Positions 39,564-49,609 of a stretch of DNA of 64,000 nt are shown here, piece after piece (the first letter of the stretch is position 1; each line of letters opens with the position of its first letter). The DNA is from Schmidtea nova (taxonomy: Eukaryota). The translations under genes and the position numbers were made by a program. The DNA is taken from the NCBI GenBank assembly GCA_044892505.1, contig CM097882.1, positions 348,068,001-348,132,000 of the forward strand. Reading direction: 5' to 3'. A model generated the notes under the pieces. The model made no database searches. It saw nothing but the letters and a program-made list of their open reading frames with translations, and had not been told where the DNA came from.

Positions 39564-39572
39564 GGTTCGATG
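39564..39572 (+). pseudogene. 5' stub (nt 1-9) of tRNA-Val interrupted by E6
   Basis: GGTTCGATG then ACTC. Confidence 0.9.
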
Positions 39573-42203
39573 ACTCAATCACCTGCTGCTCAGTCAACTG
39601 CTGCTGATGTAATGACTCAGTCTATTGCAAATCAGTCAACTGTGACGAAGCAATATGAATTAGAAAACATTCTCAAATATCAAATTTCTAACTTGCAATA
39701 TTTTCAATCGATTTTGGATTATTTTTCTCAACTAAATGGTGGAAATCTCGCTACTGCCTCAGTTCTATCTGATGCGAATGCAAGTCAACGGAGTTCTTTC
39801 GATCAAGGATCTAAAATTTCTCAAAACCAATCTGATAATATGCCACTTTCTTATGCTGATATTGAGACAAAATTCACTAAATCAAAGGATTTACTGATTG
39901 TCAAGCGCCTGGATTCATTGGAGTCTCAATTTATGAATATGGCTGAAAAGTTAGATTATTTGGTTTCTTTTTTTAATGGCTCTGTTGATGATTTATCAGA
40001 TTTTCCTAAAGTAAATGAAAATAATTTAAATAATAATCCTTTTAATAAAAATAAAGTTTTTGATATCAAAGATAAATTAATTGTAAATAATGTAGTTTTA
40101 GATAAATCAAATATTTCAGAATTTATTGAAAATAATATTGCTAAAATTCCTAATAGTTTAATTGATGTAAATAATAAAATGTGTAATTCAAATAATAAAT
40201 TTCTAAATAACCCTAATAAAGAGAATGTTAAACATTTTAATAATCCCAAAGATACATCTTCAATTGATTTGACTAACGATAAAATTATGCCAAATGAAAA
40301 CATAGAAATAATTATTAAAAATAATAAAAAATCTGTTAAAATTATAGAACTTTATAAAACAACTAAAGAGAAGTATGATAAATTTGAATTTAAAAGTCTG
40401 GTTCGTATTTTAACGAAAAGGGAACGCCAGAAAATCTTGAATGCCTTCCCTGCTTTAATACAACTAATTAAAAAGAAAGAATCACAGAGTAAATATTTTG
40501 AAATTAATAAATTTCTTTCGAGCAAAGATTTTAATGTGAATCACTTGAATTTAAATAATTTTGATTATTTTTTCTATAGAAATTGTAATCTTTGTGTATC
40601 TTTAAAATTGAACAACGCTCCTGTCATTTTATCAGCACCAAAACCTGTTGTTTTAAAAACTATTAAATTAATTGACCATAATATCGTCAAAATAAATTCT
40701 GAAATCCCTGACTTTGTTCGAGCTCCAATGTCAATTCGAAGATTTTTATTCAATCTTTCGCACGATCTTTCAAACACTGTTTCCATCAAGGATGAGAAAC
40801 ACAGGGGAAATAAAATAAATAACATTCTTACTTCAATGAAACATAAACAACAATTACCAGATTATTTAATAAAATCAAACATTAAATACGAAAATGGTGA
40901 GTTCTTATTATTAGATTTGACTAACGATAAAATCAAATTGAACGACGATAATAACTTGATAAAATCAAATTTTTCTGAACTTACTAGAAGTCAGATTAAA
41001 AATCTTTACTATTCTTATCCTTCTCTTAAGGAAGTTTGTTTCGTTGAAAATCTTGAAACAAGATCATCATCCGTTAGTAAAATTATCGAATCTTTAAAGT
41101 TAATTAATGAATTTCCAAAAAATATCATTTTTAAAGAGGGTAAATTTTATCAGTCTGATAAAAGAACAATCTCACCTAGTAGTTCTCCTGACATAATGTT
41201 CAACCTTGGTCTTTTTAATTTGGCTAGTATGAGTAGAAAAGATTGTGAATTAAAATCCATTTTAGAGAAGACTGGTTGTGACTTTAAAATAGTTGAAATA
41301 ATATTCTACCTCAACTATTTAGGCTTGACTCAATCTTTAGAATTTTGCAAAAATCAAACTTATTCTGATTATGTGAGGAATTACGTCTGTAATTGCTGCT
41401 TGATAAACTCACTCTGTAGTATTGCTGATGTTGATTCGCTTTCATCTGAAGATTTTGAGGGTTGGGCGACCGAAATTGTTCAGAAAATCCCAGTTTCTTC
41501 CTATTACTTCAATAGCTGCCAGGAAAAGCTTTTAAAGCTGAAGCAATGGGACATTTCAACTAAAATCAAAAGAATCCATAACGTTATTTCACCTGAAATA
41601 ATATCTTATTTAAATAACTTTCTTGACTCTGTAGACGTAAAATTTCCATCTAAGTCTCAACAACATAATATTCTAATTAAATTAATGAAAGCTATCAATG
41701 ACATTAAAATTTTTGATGACATACACGGAAATAAAGCAAAAAGACTTGTTTACTTTTTGCTAAGAGATGCCAAGAAATATTTGAATAAAAATCAACGATT
41801 CAGATTATTTGAATCGAGCAATAAATATTGCACTTTAGAGATGGAGAATATAATTTCAGTAATAATTGAGAACCTTACCAAAGTTACTGACCATGAAGTT
41901 ACTACTCCTGAAATCACAGTTGAAGAAACGCCAATTGAAATAACTTGTGATCCTGAACCTATCGTCTTGATTAAGGAAATAAACTGTTTAAAATGTAACA
42001 ATATCATCGAAAAATGCATTCTTGTTAGAGATGGAACAAACGTCAACATCTGTGAAAGCTGTCTATTTGACGCAATTACCTTTGAAAAGCCGATTCCTGA
42101 AGCTACTAATTCGGATACCGAAGAAAATATGGAAACAAATAGTAAGAAATCTTGTCCAAGACCTAGAAAAACAGACAAGAAAACATCAACCAAAGCGAAA
42201 TGA
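39570..42203 (+). CDS. E6 ORF1 (877 aa)
   Basis: Near-identical to the other copies. Confidence 0.85.
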   Translation: MTQSPAAQSTAADVMTQSIANQSTVTKQYELENILKYQISNLQYFQSILDYFSQLNGGNLATASVLSDANASQRSSFDQGSKISQNQSDNMPLSYADIETKFTKSKDLLIVKRLDSLESQFMNMAEKLDYLVSFFNGSVDDLSDFPKVNENNLNNNPFNKNKVFDIKDKLIVNNVVLDKSNISEFIENNIAKIPNSLIDVNNKMCNSNNKFLNNPNKENVKHFNNPKDTSSIDLTNDKIMPNENIEIIIKNNKKSVKIIELYKTTKEKYDKFEFKSLVRILTKRERQKILNAFPALIQLIKKKESQSKYFEINKFLSSKDFNVNHLNLNNFDYFFYRNCNLCVSLKLNNAPVILSAPKPVVLKTIKLIDHNIVKINSEIPDFVRAPMSIRRFLFNLSHDLSNTVSIKDEKHRGNKINNILTSMKHKQQLPDYLIKSNIKYENGEFLLLDLTNDKIKLNDDNNLIKSNFSELTRSQIKNLYYSYPSLKEVCFVENLETRSSSVSKIIESLKLINEFPKNIIFKEGKFYQSDKRTISPSSSPDIMFNLGLFNLASMSRKDCELKSILEKTGCDFKIVEIIFYLNYLGLTQSLEFCKNQTYSDYVRNYVCNCCLINSLCSIADVDSLSSEDFEGWATEIVQKIPVSSYYFNSCQEKLLKLKQWDISTKIKRIHNVISPEIISYLNNFLDSVDVKFPSKSQQHNILIKLMKAINDIKIFDDIHGNKAKRLVYFLLRDAKKYLNKNQRFRLFESSNKYCTLEMENIISVIIENLTKVTDHEVTTPEITVEETPIEITCDPEPIVLIKEINCLKCNNIIEKCILVRDGTNVNICESCLFDAITFEKPIPEATNSDTEENMETNSKKSCPRPRKTDKKTSTKAK

Positions 42204-45200
42204 AGATGTGTGCCTGCATCAGCTCAATCGTCTGCCATTCCCTCTAATGAGACTGATGCAGAGAGCACAACTAAAAATAATATTTCAACTATCGACAATC
42301 GTGATCCTGAAGTGTGGTTTTCTGATAATGATATTGATTGGTATCTTGAAAACCACATTGATAATCCAATGCATGGATATATTAAATGCTTTATAGTAAA
42401 TATCATCTGTTCTAACATCACAGAAGATATTGTTGAAATTCCACCATCTATTAGCAATGCTGAAATTGTATTTTGTCCACTCAACATTAACAATTCGCAC
42501 TGGATTCTTTTTGTTTATAGTAAGAAAATGTTATCTTCTTACTTTATTGACCCAATCCTTGCAAACAGACAAAAGCCAATCAATAAACAAATGGCTCAGA
42601 GAATTAACCTAAAACTGAATAGATTTTTTAATCTAAATATATCTGTGTCCCGACATCCACACAAACATCTTGAATATCAAAATAACAGCTTTGATTGTGG
42701 CCCATTTACGTGTGCTTATGCTGTGATTATCAGTAAAGATTTGAACAGCTTTCCAAATGGGTTCATAGAGAAAATTCGTACCAGTGTGCATGAAAATCAA
42801 AATCGTATGCAAATAACCGAATCCACCTTATTCGCTGGTACTAACTCCAAGATGGACATGACCAAAATAAATATCAAGAAAGCCCTTGCAAAAAAGAAAG
42901 TCATCACCAACACCTCAGATATGACCAAAGTATTGAACACTCAAAAACCGTGTGTGTCATCAATAATTAGTAAATATTACGAAAGTAATTCTAAAATAAC
43001 AGTCTTATCTGCCGAACTAACTTTAAACCTAATTGCACAAAATACCTCCTTCATAGCTGATAATGTCACTTTCAAGCAGTTCAAAGGAATCGATCATGTT
43101 ATAAGTATCATTCCTAAATTTAACGATTGGTGTCTCTTTGTCTATTCGAATAAACTTGACAGGAGCTACATGTTCGACTTCAATTATCGAAACATTGATG
43201 AAAGGCTAATTGAAATTGGTGAAAAGATAACTGAATATCTGAATCAATTCACTCTTGTTTCTAAAATAAAATTCACACCTCATCATAGAATTTCTCATCC
43301 AACATTTCATTCTTACGATGATCAATATTTTGCAAGTTCTTTTATTGTATTTTTTGAGAAACTTGTCTTTGAAAGAATACTGGACAATGATAAGGTTTAT
43401 GACTCATTAAGTGCTCTAAAATATCAGTCTTGTAAAGATCTTTCTCCTAGCCTAAGTTTCATTAATGGTAAAATATCCGACAAAATTATTGAGGAATATT
43501 TTGCTAGCCTAAACTTATCGACCAAATATATTCTTCTAAACACAACAATGTGTACTGCGCTTTCAGATGATTGCACTGAATACTTGAAAGACTTTGTAAA
43601 CATTGAGTGCATGATGAAGGCTACTATAATCTTTGTAATCATTTCTCCTCCAAGAGCCAACGACTTGCTCATGGTTATTGATTACGACGCTGATGAGCAC
43701 TATTTATTAAGCCCAGTCACTAATGACTTGTTCGTTATGACTGAAGGATTCTGCTATAAATTACTAATTAAAATTAATGAGATTAGAGAGAGCACAGGAC
43801 GTTCCTTGAAATCGCGTAATTGTCGACATGACGTTAAAGGTTCTGGCTTATTTAGTAGGTTATTAATCTGTGCCTTTATTAAATATTATGCATTTGACCG
43901 ATCTCTAGAAAATATCAATCTTCATGAAATTGGCAAAATTATCTACTCACTTGTGCCATTGGTTGATAAAAATGATAATGCTGAGGAAGAAAGACGACTA
44001 AAATCAAAAGCTGTAAACTCTTTAAAACTAAATTTAAAACAGCGAATAGAAAAAGCCAATAATCTTATAATTTCACTTGAACACGCCAGTATTGATGAAA
44101 TCATAAGTGGCATTCTTTCAAATATTCCTCGTCTTAAAGATTTGAACACCGATCACATTCGTACACCATATTTAGGTACTAAAATAGAAAAAGCTAGAAA
44201 ATTCAAAAATTCCACTGAGTTTCTGTCAAACATGAAAAAGACTGTGTATAGGATTTTGGGTAACAACACAGAATCAATTGCACCTCCTTATCAGGAAATT
44301 ATTGACACTTTCAGTCATCCTGATACATTACCTAGAAATTGGGAAAACATCTTAAAATTCACTAAGAGTTCTAAATATAGTCTTGAATTAAATCCAATGA
44401 CACCTAAAGAAATCCTTTCAAGTCTTTGCAAAGCTGACAACACTTCTCCAGGTCTTGATAATGTTTGTTATAAAGATCTTTTGTTATTAGACCCTGAATG
44501 TAAATTGCTAGCTTTTCTGTACAATAAAATCCTAAAATTAGACATTATTCCTACAAGTTGGAAATCATTTAAAACCATACTAATCCCCAAACCAGATAAA
44601 AATGGCCAATATCATAAAATATATTCTTGGCGACCAATTGCCTTATTATCTGTCATTTACAAAGTCTTCGCTTCAGTTTTGGCAAATCGTCTAAGCTTAT
44701 GGATAAGAAATAATTCCATGTTACACATTGGCCAAAAGGGTGGTTCGGAGTACGAAGGATGTATTGAACACAACTCTATTCTTTCTGCTATCGTCGAACA
44801 TTCAAAATACAGCAAGTCTTCACCTTTAACGATAGCTTGGCTAGACATCAAAGATGCCTTCGGAAGTGTTCCACATGACTACATGTGGACACTGTTAAAA
44901 CACATAAATGTTAGTGATAGGTTTGTAGGAATTTTAAAACTGCTCTATACTGATACAAGCTCGTTTTATTGTTGCAATAAAATGCAGACACCGGATATTC
45001 CAATAAAGAAAGGAGTTAAACAAGGTTGTCCGATCTCAATGATATTGTTTGCAATAGCTATTAACCCAGTACTTGAGTCTATTAATCTATCAAACGTCAA
45101 TCCTTTTACGATTGGAACATCTCCGGTACAGGTTTTGGCTTATGCGGATGATATCGCACTTATCGCGACAAATACCTCTGATCTGCAAATACTCATAAAC

Positions 45201-47175
45201 GTTGCTGTAAACACCGCTAAAACAATTGGATTTGAATATCGTCCAGAAAAGTGCGCTTATATGCAATACCCTAAAATAGAAACTGTAAGCGAGATTTCTG
45301 TCAACAACGTTCTTATAAAAAAGATTGCAACAAATGAATTTTACCAATACTTGGGAGTACCAATAGGTGACAATAATGATCAAAGTCCCTATGAAATTCT
45401 AAGCAAAGTAATTGAAGACACAAAGAAAATAGCAAATTCTGATCTTTACGGCTGGCAAAAACTTAAAGCGTATAAGGTCTTTCTGCATTCTCGCTTGATT
45501 TTTCCATTTAGAACTAGGGAAATCAAAACAAGTTCTTTAGCTGATTCGAGTAAAAATTCAAAATTAAATGTAAATAATACGAGTATTTTGAGGAGTCATC
45601 TTAGAAAAATATTGCACTTGCCACACTACTCTGAGATTAGCTATTTTTATAATTCTACTGAAAACGGCGGTGCAGGCTGCATAGACTTACTTGACGAGTA
45701 TCATACACAGACAATCGTGTACTTTTTCCGTTTGTTAACATCAACGTGCGAATATTCGAAAAAGATAAATACAGACTCGCTTTTATTTGTCACAAGTCCG
45801 AGACTCGGAATCAAAAATCCAGTTCTTAAACAAAGTTTAGAATGGATAAATGGAAAAGACAGCAAGAAAAACAACAGTGGTTGCAAAACTCGATTTTATC
45901 GGTTGCGATCATCCATTGCTTACTTTTCTAAAGTTCACAACATTAAATTGTTATTTGAAACAGTGAAAGGGAATCCTTCTATCCGGATAACCACTACACT
46001 TAAGGGAACACGTATATTATTACCAACATTAAGAAAAGCCTTGTCAATGATTTTACATTCAGCTCTCCAGGATTCGTATCTCGAGAAATGGGAGAATAGC
46101 AATCATAATAATCTGCTTGTATCTGCGATTAAACTCTGTCCACTGGTCAACAGGCTTATTTTCCGCAGTGATTTGACAGAATTTGAATGGAGATTCGTCC
46201 ATCGAGCAAGAACGAATACATTATCAATATTTGCGAAGCCATATAAAACTGGCGAAAATCGTCTTTGTCGTAGATGTAAGCTTGAAGACGAGACTTTATC
46301 ACACGTTCTTCAAACTTGTAAAATGAACAAATCTTTGGCAACTAGTCGACATAACGCTTGCTTAGAAAAAATAAAAAGCGAGTTGAAAGATCCAAACTTG
46401 TTAGTTGTTGCGGATCATAAATGTTCCCTAGTACCGACATCAACTGAACGCGTTGATTTAATAATAACCAATAATGATAAAAAGACCATATTATTGGTAG
46501 ACATGAAATGCCCAATCGATTCGGTGCCCAACTTTGACTTGGCTGATAAAAAAAACATAGAAAAGTATGATAAACTAAAATCAGAAATTAAAATAGCCAA
46601 ACCCGATTATAAAGTTGAGTTGTTTACCTGCATCATAGGCTCATTAGGATCCATTGAAATTAAAACACCTGATCTTTTAGTAAAAATGGGAGTAAAAGAA
46701 AATAAAGTAAAACGTCTGATGAAAGAGTGTGCAATTAGCAATATTGCGCACTCGGCCAAAATTTGGTACTTTCATACCAATGGCTTTCTTCCAGATAATA
46801 TAAGACAAACTTGTAAATAAATAATTATATATATATATAAATATTTGCTTTTTAAACTCTGTAAATAAAATTTAAAGTAAATATTTTGTAAAGTAATTTT
46901 TGTATTAAATATCAAATCTTTTTAATCTGATAAATTGTCTTTGAGAGTTATTAAATTGGGAGACCAAGTATTCTGCAACGTATGTCACTTATTCTAGACT
47001 TATCAACTTCAAAATAATACAGTCGCAAAGCTGGATGACGAAATCCAAAGAACCAGAAACTTCCATTCAGATTGAACAATTATATTTTGACTGTGATTGT
47101 TTAGGCACTAATCCATGTTGATTAGATAATCTGTAAAAAAAATATGTCAAACTTGTTATATTTAATAAATGTTTA
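39573..47175 (+). mobile_element. RLE non-LTR retrotransposon copy E6 (7603 bp)
   Basis: Same structure and junctions. Confidence 0.96.
42210..46820 (+). CDS. E6 ORF2 (Ulp1-RT-CCHC-RLE)
   Basis: Same motifs as E2. Confidence 0.95.
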   Translation: MPASAQSSAIPSNETDAESTTKNNISTIDNRDPEVWFSDNDIDWYLENHIDNPMHGYIKCFIVNIICSNITEDIVEIPPSISNAEIVFCPLNINNSHWILFVYSKKMLSSYFIDPILANRQKPINKQMAQRINLKLNRFFNLNISVSRHPHKHLEYQNNSFDCGPFTCAYAVIISKDLNSFPNGFIEKIRTSVHENQNRMQITESTLFAGTNSKMDMTKINIKKALAKKKVITNTSDMTKVLNTQKPCVSSIISKYYESNSKITVLSAELTLNLIAQNTSFIADNVTFKQFKGIDHVISIIPKFNDWCLFVYSNKLDRSYMFDFNYRNIDERLIEIGEKITEYLNQFTLVSKIKFTPHHRISHPTFHSYDDQYFASSFIVFFEKLVFERILDNDKVYDSLSALKYQSCKDLSPSLSFINGKISDKIIEEYFASLNLSTKYILLNTTMCTALSDDCTEYLKDFVNIECMMKATIIFVIISPPRANDLLMVIDYDADEHYLLSPVTNDLFVMTEGFCYKLLIKINEIRESTGRSLKSRNCRHDVKGSGLFSRLLICAFIKYYAFDRSLENINLHEIGKIIYSLVPLVDKNDNAEEERRLKSKAVNSLKLNLKQRIEKANNLIISLEHASIDEIISGILSNIPRLKDLNTDHIRTPYLGTKIEKARKFKNSTEFLSNMKKTVYRILGNNTESIAPPYQEIIDTFSHPDTLPRNWENILKFTKSSKYSLELNPMTPKEILSSLCKADNTSPGLDNVCYKDLLLLDPECKLLAFLYNKILKLDIIPTSWKSFKTILIPKPDKNGQYHKIYSWRPIALLSVIYKVFASVLANRLSLWIRNNSMLHIGQKGGSEYEGCIEHNSILSAIVEHSKYSKSSPLTIAWLDIKDAFGSVPHDYMWTLLKHINVSDRFVGILKLLYTDTSSFYCCNKMQTPDIPIKKGVKQGCPISMILFAIAINPVLESINLSNVNPFTIGTSPVQVLAYADDIALIATNTSDLQILINVAVNTAKTIGFEYRPEKCAYMQYPKIETVSEISVNNVLIKKIATNEFYQYLGVPIGDNNDQSPYEILSKVIEDTKKIANSDLYGWQKLKAYKVFLHSRLIFPFRTREIKTSSLADSSKNSKLNVNNTSILRSHLRKILHLPHYSEISYFYNSTENGGAGCIDLLDEYHTQTIVYFFRLLTSTCEYSKKINTDSLLFVTSPRLGIKNPVLKQSLEWINGKDSKKNNSGCKTRFYRLRSSIAYFSKVHNIKLLFETVKGNPSIRITTTLKGTRILLPTLRKALSMILHSALQDSYLEKWENSNHNNLLVSAIKLCPLVNRLIFRSDLTEFEWRFVHRARTNTLSIFAKPYKTGENRLCRRCKLEDETLSHVLQTCKMNKSLATSRHNACLEKIKSELKDPNLLVVADHKCSLVPTSTERVDLIITNNDKKTILLVDMKCPIDSVPNFDLADKKNIEKYDKLKSEIKIAKPDYKVELFTCIIGSLGSIEIKTPDLLVKMGVKENKVKRLMKECAISNIAHSAKIWYFHTNGFLPDNIRQTCK

Positions 47176-47230
47176 TTATCACGTCTGCTTCACACGCAGA
47201 AGGTCCCCGGTTCGATCCCGGGTCGAACCA
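47176..47230 (+). pseudogene. 3' part of tRNA-Val(CAC) interrupted by E6
   Basis: tRNA nt 19-73, followed by spacer B. Confidence 0.95.
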
Positions 47231-47527
47231 TATTTTATTAATTAGAAACTTCCTAATCTTGATTTTTTCTCAATGGAACACCTTTCTCATATATGTTACA
47301 ATATTAAAAATGATTGAATAATCAGAGAAAAAAGTTAAAATTTCATTTTCATAAATGTAGTGTGTGAAAGCTTTCTATCCTTTTGCAATTTTATGATTAT
47401 TTTGTGCAGTGTTGTTTATTTAAATATGTAACTGTTGAAAAAAAGAATATTGGATATGAAAATGGATAAAGTATTGGAAGTGTTGATATATATATTGTAA
47501 ATTTTAACGATTGATAAATTCTTTCAA

Positions 47528-47600
47528 GGTTCGATGGTGTAGCGGTTATCACGTCTGCTTCACACGCAGAAGGTCCCCGGTTCGATCCCGGGTCGAACCA
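47528..47600 (+). tRNA. tRNA-Val: tRNA-Val(CAC)
   Basis: Identical 73-nt cloverleaf. Confidence 0.97.
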
Positions 47601-47897
47601 TATTTTATTAATTAGAAACTTCCTAATCTTGATTTTTTCTCAATGGAACACCTTTCTCATATATGTTACAATATTAAAAATGATTGAATAATCAGAGAAA
47701 AAAGTTAAAATTTCATTTTCATAAATGTAGTGTGTGAAAGCTTTCTATCCTTTTGCAATTTTATGATTATTTTGTGCAGTGTTGTTTATTTAAATATGTA
47801 ACTGTTGAAAAAAAGAATATTGGATATGAAAATGGATAAAGTATTGCAAGTGTTGATATATATATTGTAAATTTTAACGATTGATAAATTCTTTCAA

Positions 47898-47970
47898 GGT
47901 TCGATGGTGTAGCGGTTATCACGTCTGCTTTACACGCAGAAGGTCCCCGGTTCGATCCCGGGTCGAACCA
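47898..47970 (+). tRNA. tRNA-Val: tRNA-Val(TAC)
   Basis: Same body, loop TT-TAC-AC. Confidence 0.97.
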
Positions 47971-48120
47971 AATTTTTATTGTAAATTGTTAAATCTTGTT
48001 TACTATGTTTCCATTGTTTACTAGTGTTATTTTGTGTGTGTGTGTGTGTTTTATTAGTAAATCAGATCAATTTATTTAGCTGAAAGTTGGTAACAAACGA
48101 AAATTTGAAAATATTTACAG

Positions 48121-48193
48121 GGTTCGATGGTGTAGCGGTTATCACGTCTGCTTCACACGCAGAAGGTCCCCGGTTCGATCCCGGGTCGAACCA
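48121..48193 (+). tRNA. tRNA-Val: tRNA-Val(CAC)
   Basis: Identical 73-nt cloverleaf. Confidence 0.97.
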
Positions 48194-48490
48194 TATTTTA
48201 TTAATTAGAAACTTCCTAATCTTGATTTTTTCTCAATGGAACACCTTTCTCATATATGTTACAATATTAAAAATGATTGAATAATCAGAGAAAAAAGTTA
48301 AAATTTCATTTTCATAAATGTAGTGTGTGAAAGCTTTCTATCCTTTTGCAATTTTATGATTATTTTGTGCAGTGTTGTTTATTTAAATATGTAACTGTTG
48401 AAAAAAAGAATATTGGATATGAAAATGGATAAAGTATTGGAAGTGTTGATATATATATTGTAAATTTTAACGATTGATAAATTCTTTCAA

Positions 48491-48563
48491 GGTTCGATGG
48501 TGTAGCGGTTATCACGTCTGCTTCACACGCAGAAGGTCCCCGGTTCGATCCCGGGTCGAACCA
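48491..48563 (+). tRNA. tRNA-Val: tRNA-Val(CAC)
   Basis: Identical 73-nt cloverleaf. Confidence 0.97.
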
Positions 48564-48860
48564 TATTTTATTAATTAGAAACTTCCTAATCTTGATTTTT
48601 TCTCAATGGAACACCTTTCTCATATATGTTACAATATTAAAAATGATTGAATAATCAGAGAAAAAAGTTAAAATTTCATTTTCATAAATGTAGTGTGTGA
48701 AAGCTTTCTATCCTTTTGCAATTTTATGATTATTTTGTGCAGTGTTGTTTATTTAAATATGTAACTGTTGAAAAAAAGAATATTGGATATGAAAATGGAT
48801 AAAGTATTGGAAGTGTTGATATATATATTGTAAATTTTAACGATTGATAAATTCTTTCAA

Positions 48861-48933
48861 GGTTCGATGGTGTAGCGGTTATCACGTCTGCTTCACACGC
48901 AGAAGGTCCCCGGTTCGATCCCGGGTCGAACCA
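48861..48933 (+). tRNA. tRNA-Val: tRNA-Val(CAC)
   Basis: Identical 73-nt cloverleaf. Confidence 0.97.
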
Positions 48934-49230
48934 TATTTTATTAATTAGAAACTTCCTAATCTTGATTTTTTCTCAATGGAACACCTTTCTCATATATGTT
49001 ACAATATTAAAAATGATTGAATAATCAGAGAAAAAAGTTAAAATTTCATTTTCATAAATGTAGTGTGTGAAAGCTTTCTATCCTTTTGCAATTTTATGAT
49101 TATTTTGTGCAGTGTTGTTTATTTAAATATGTAACTGTTGAAAAAAAGAATATTGGATATGAAAATGGATAAAGTATTGGAAGTGTTGATATATATATTG
49201 TAAATTTTAACGATTGATAAATTCTTTCAA

Positions 49231-49303
49231 GGTTCGATGGTGTAGCGGTTATCACGTCTGCTTCACACGCAGAAGGTCCCCGGTTCGATCCCGGGTCGAA
49301 CCA
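49231..49303 (+). tRNA. tRNA-Val: tRNA-Val(CAC)
   Basis: Identical 73-nt cloverleaf. Confidence 0.97.
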
Positions 49304-49600
49304 TATTTTATTAATTAGAAACTTCCTAATCTTGATTTTTTCTCAATGGAACACCTTTCTCATATATGTTACAATATTAAAAATGATTGAATAATCAGAG
49401 AAAAAAGTTAAAATTTCATTTTCATAAATGTAGTGTGTGAAAGCTTTCTATCCTTTTGCAATTTTATGATTATTTTGTGCAGTGTTGTTTATTTAAATAT
49501 GTAACTGTTGAAAAAAAGAATATTGGATATGAAAATGGATAAAGTATTGCAAGTGTTGATATATATATTGTAAATTTTAACGATTGATAAATTCTTTCAA

Positions 49601-49609
49601 GGTTCGATG
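49601..49609 (+). pseudogene. 5' stub (nt 1-9) of tRNA-Val interrupted by E7
   Basis: GGTTCGATG then ACTC. Confidence 0.9.

Noticed and set aside
37067-39572. CRISPR-like repeat-spacer pattern
   Set aside because: The repeats are complete tRNA-Val genes and the spacers are only two recurring sequences; no cas genes.
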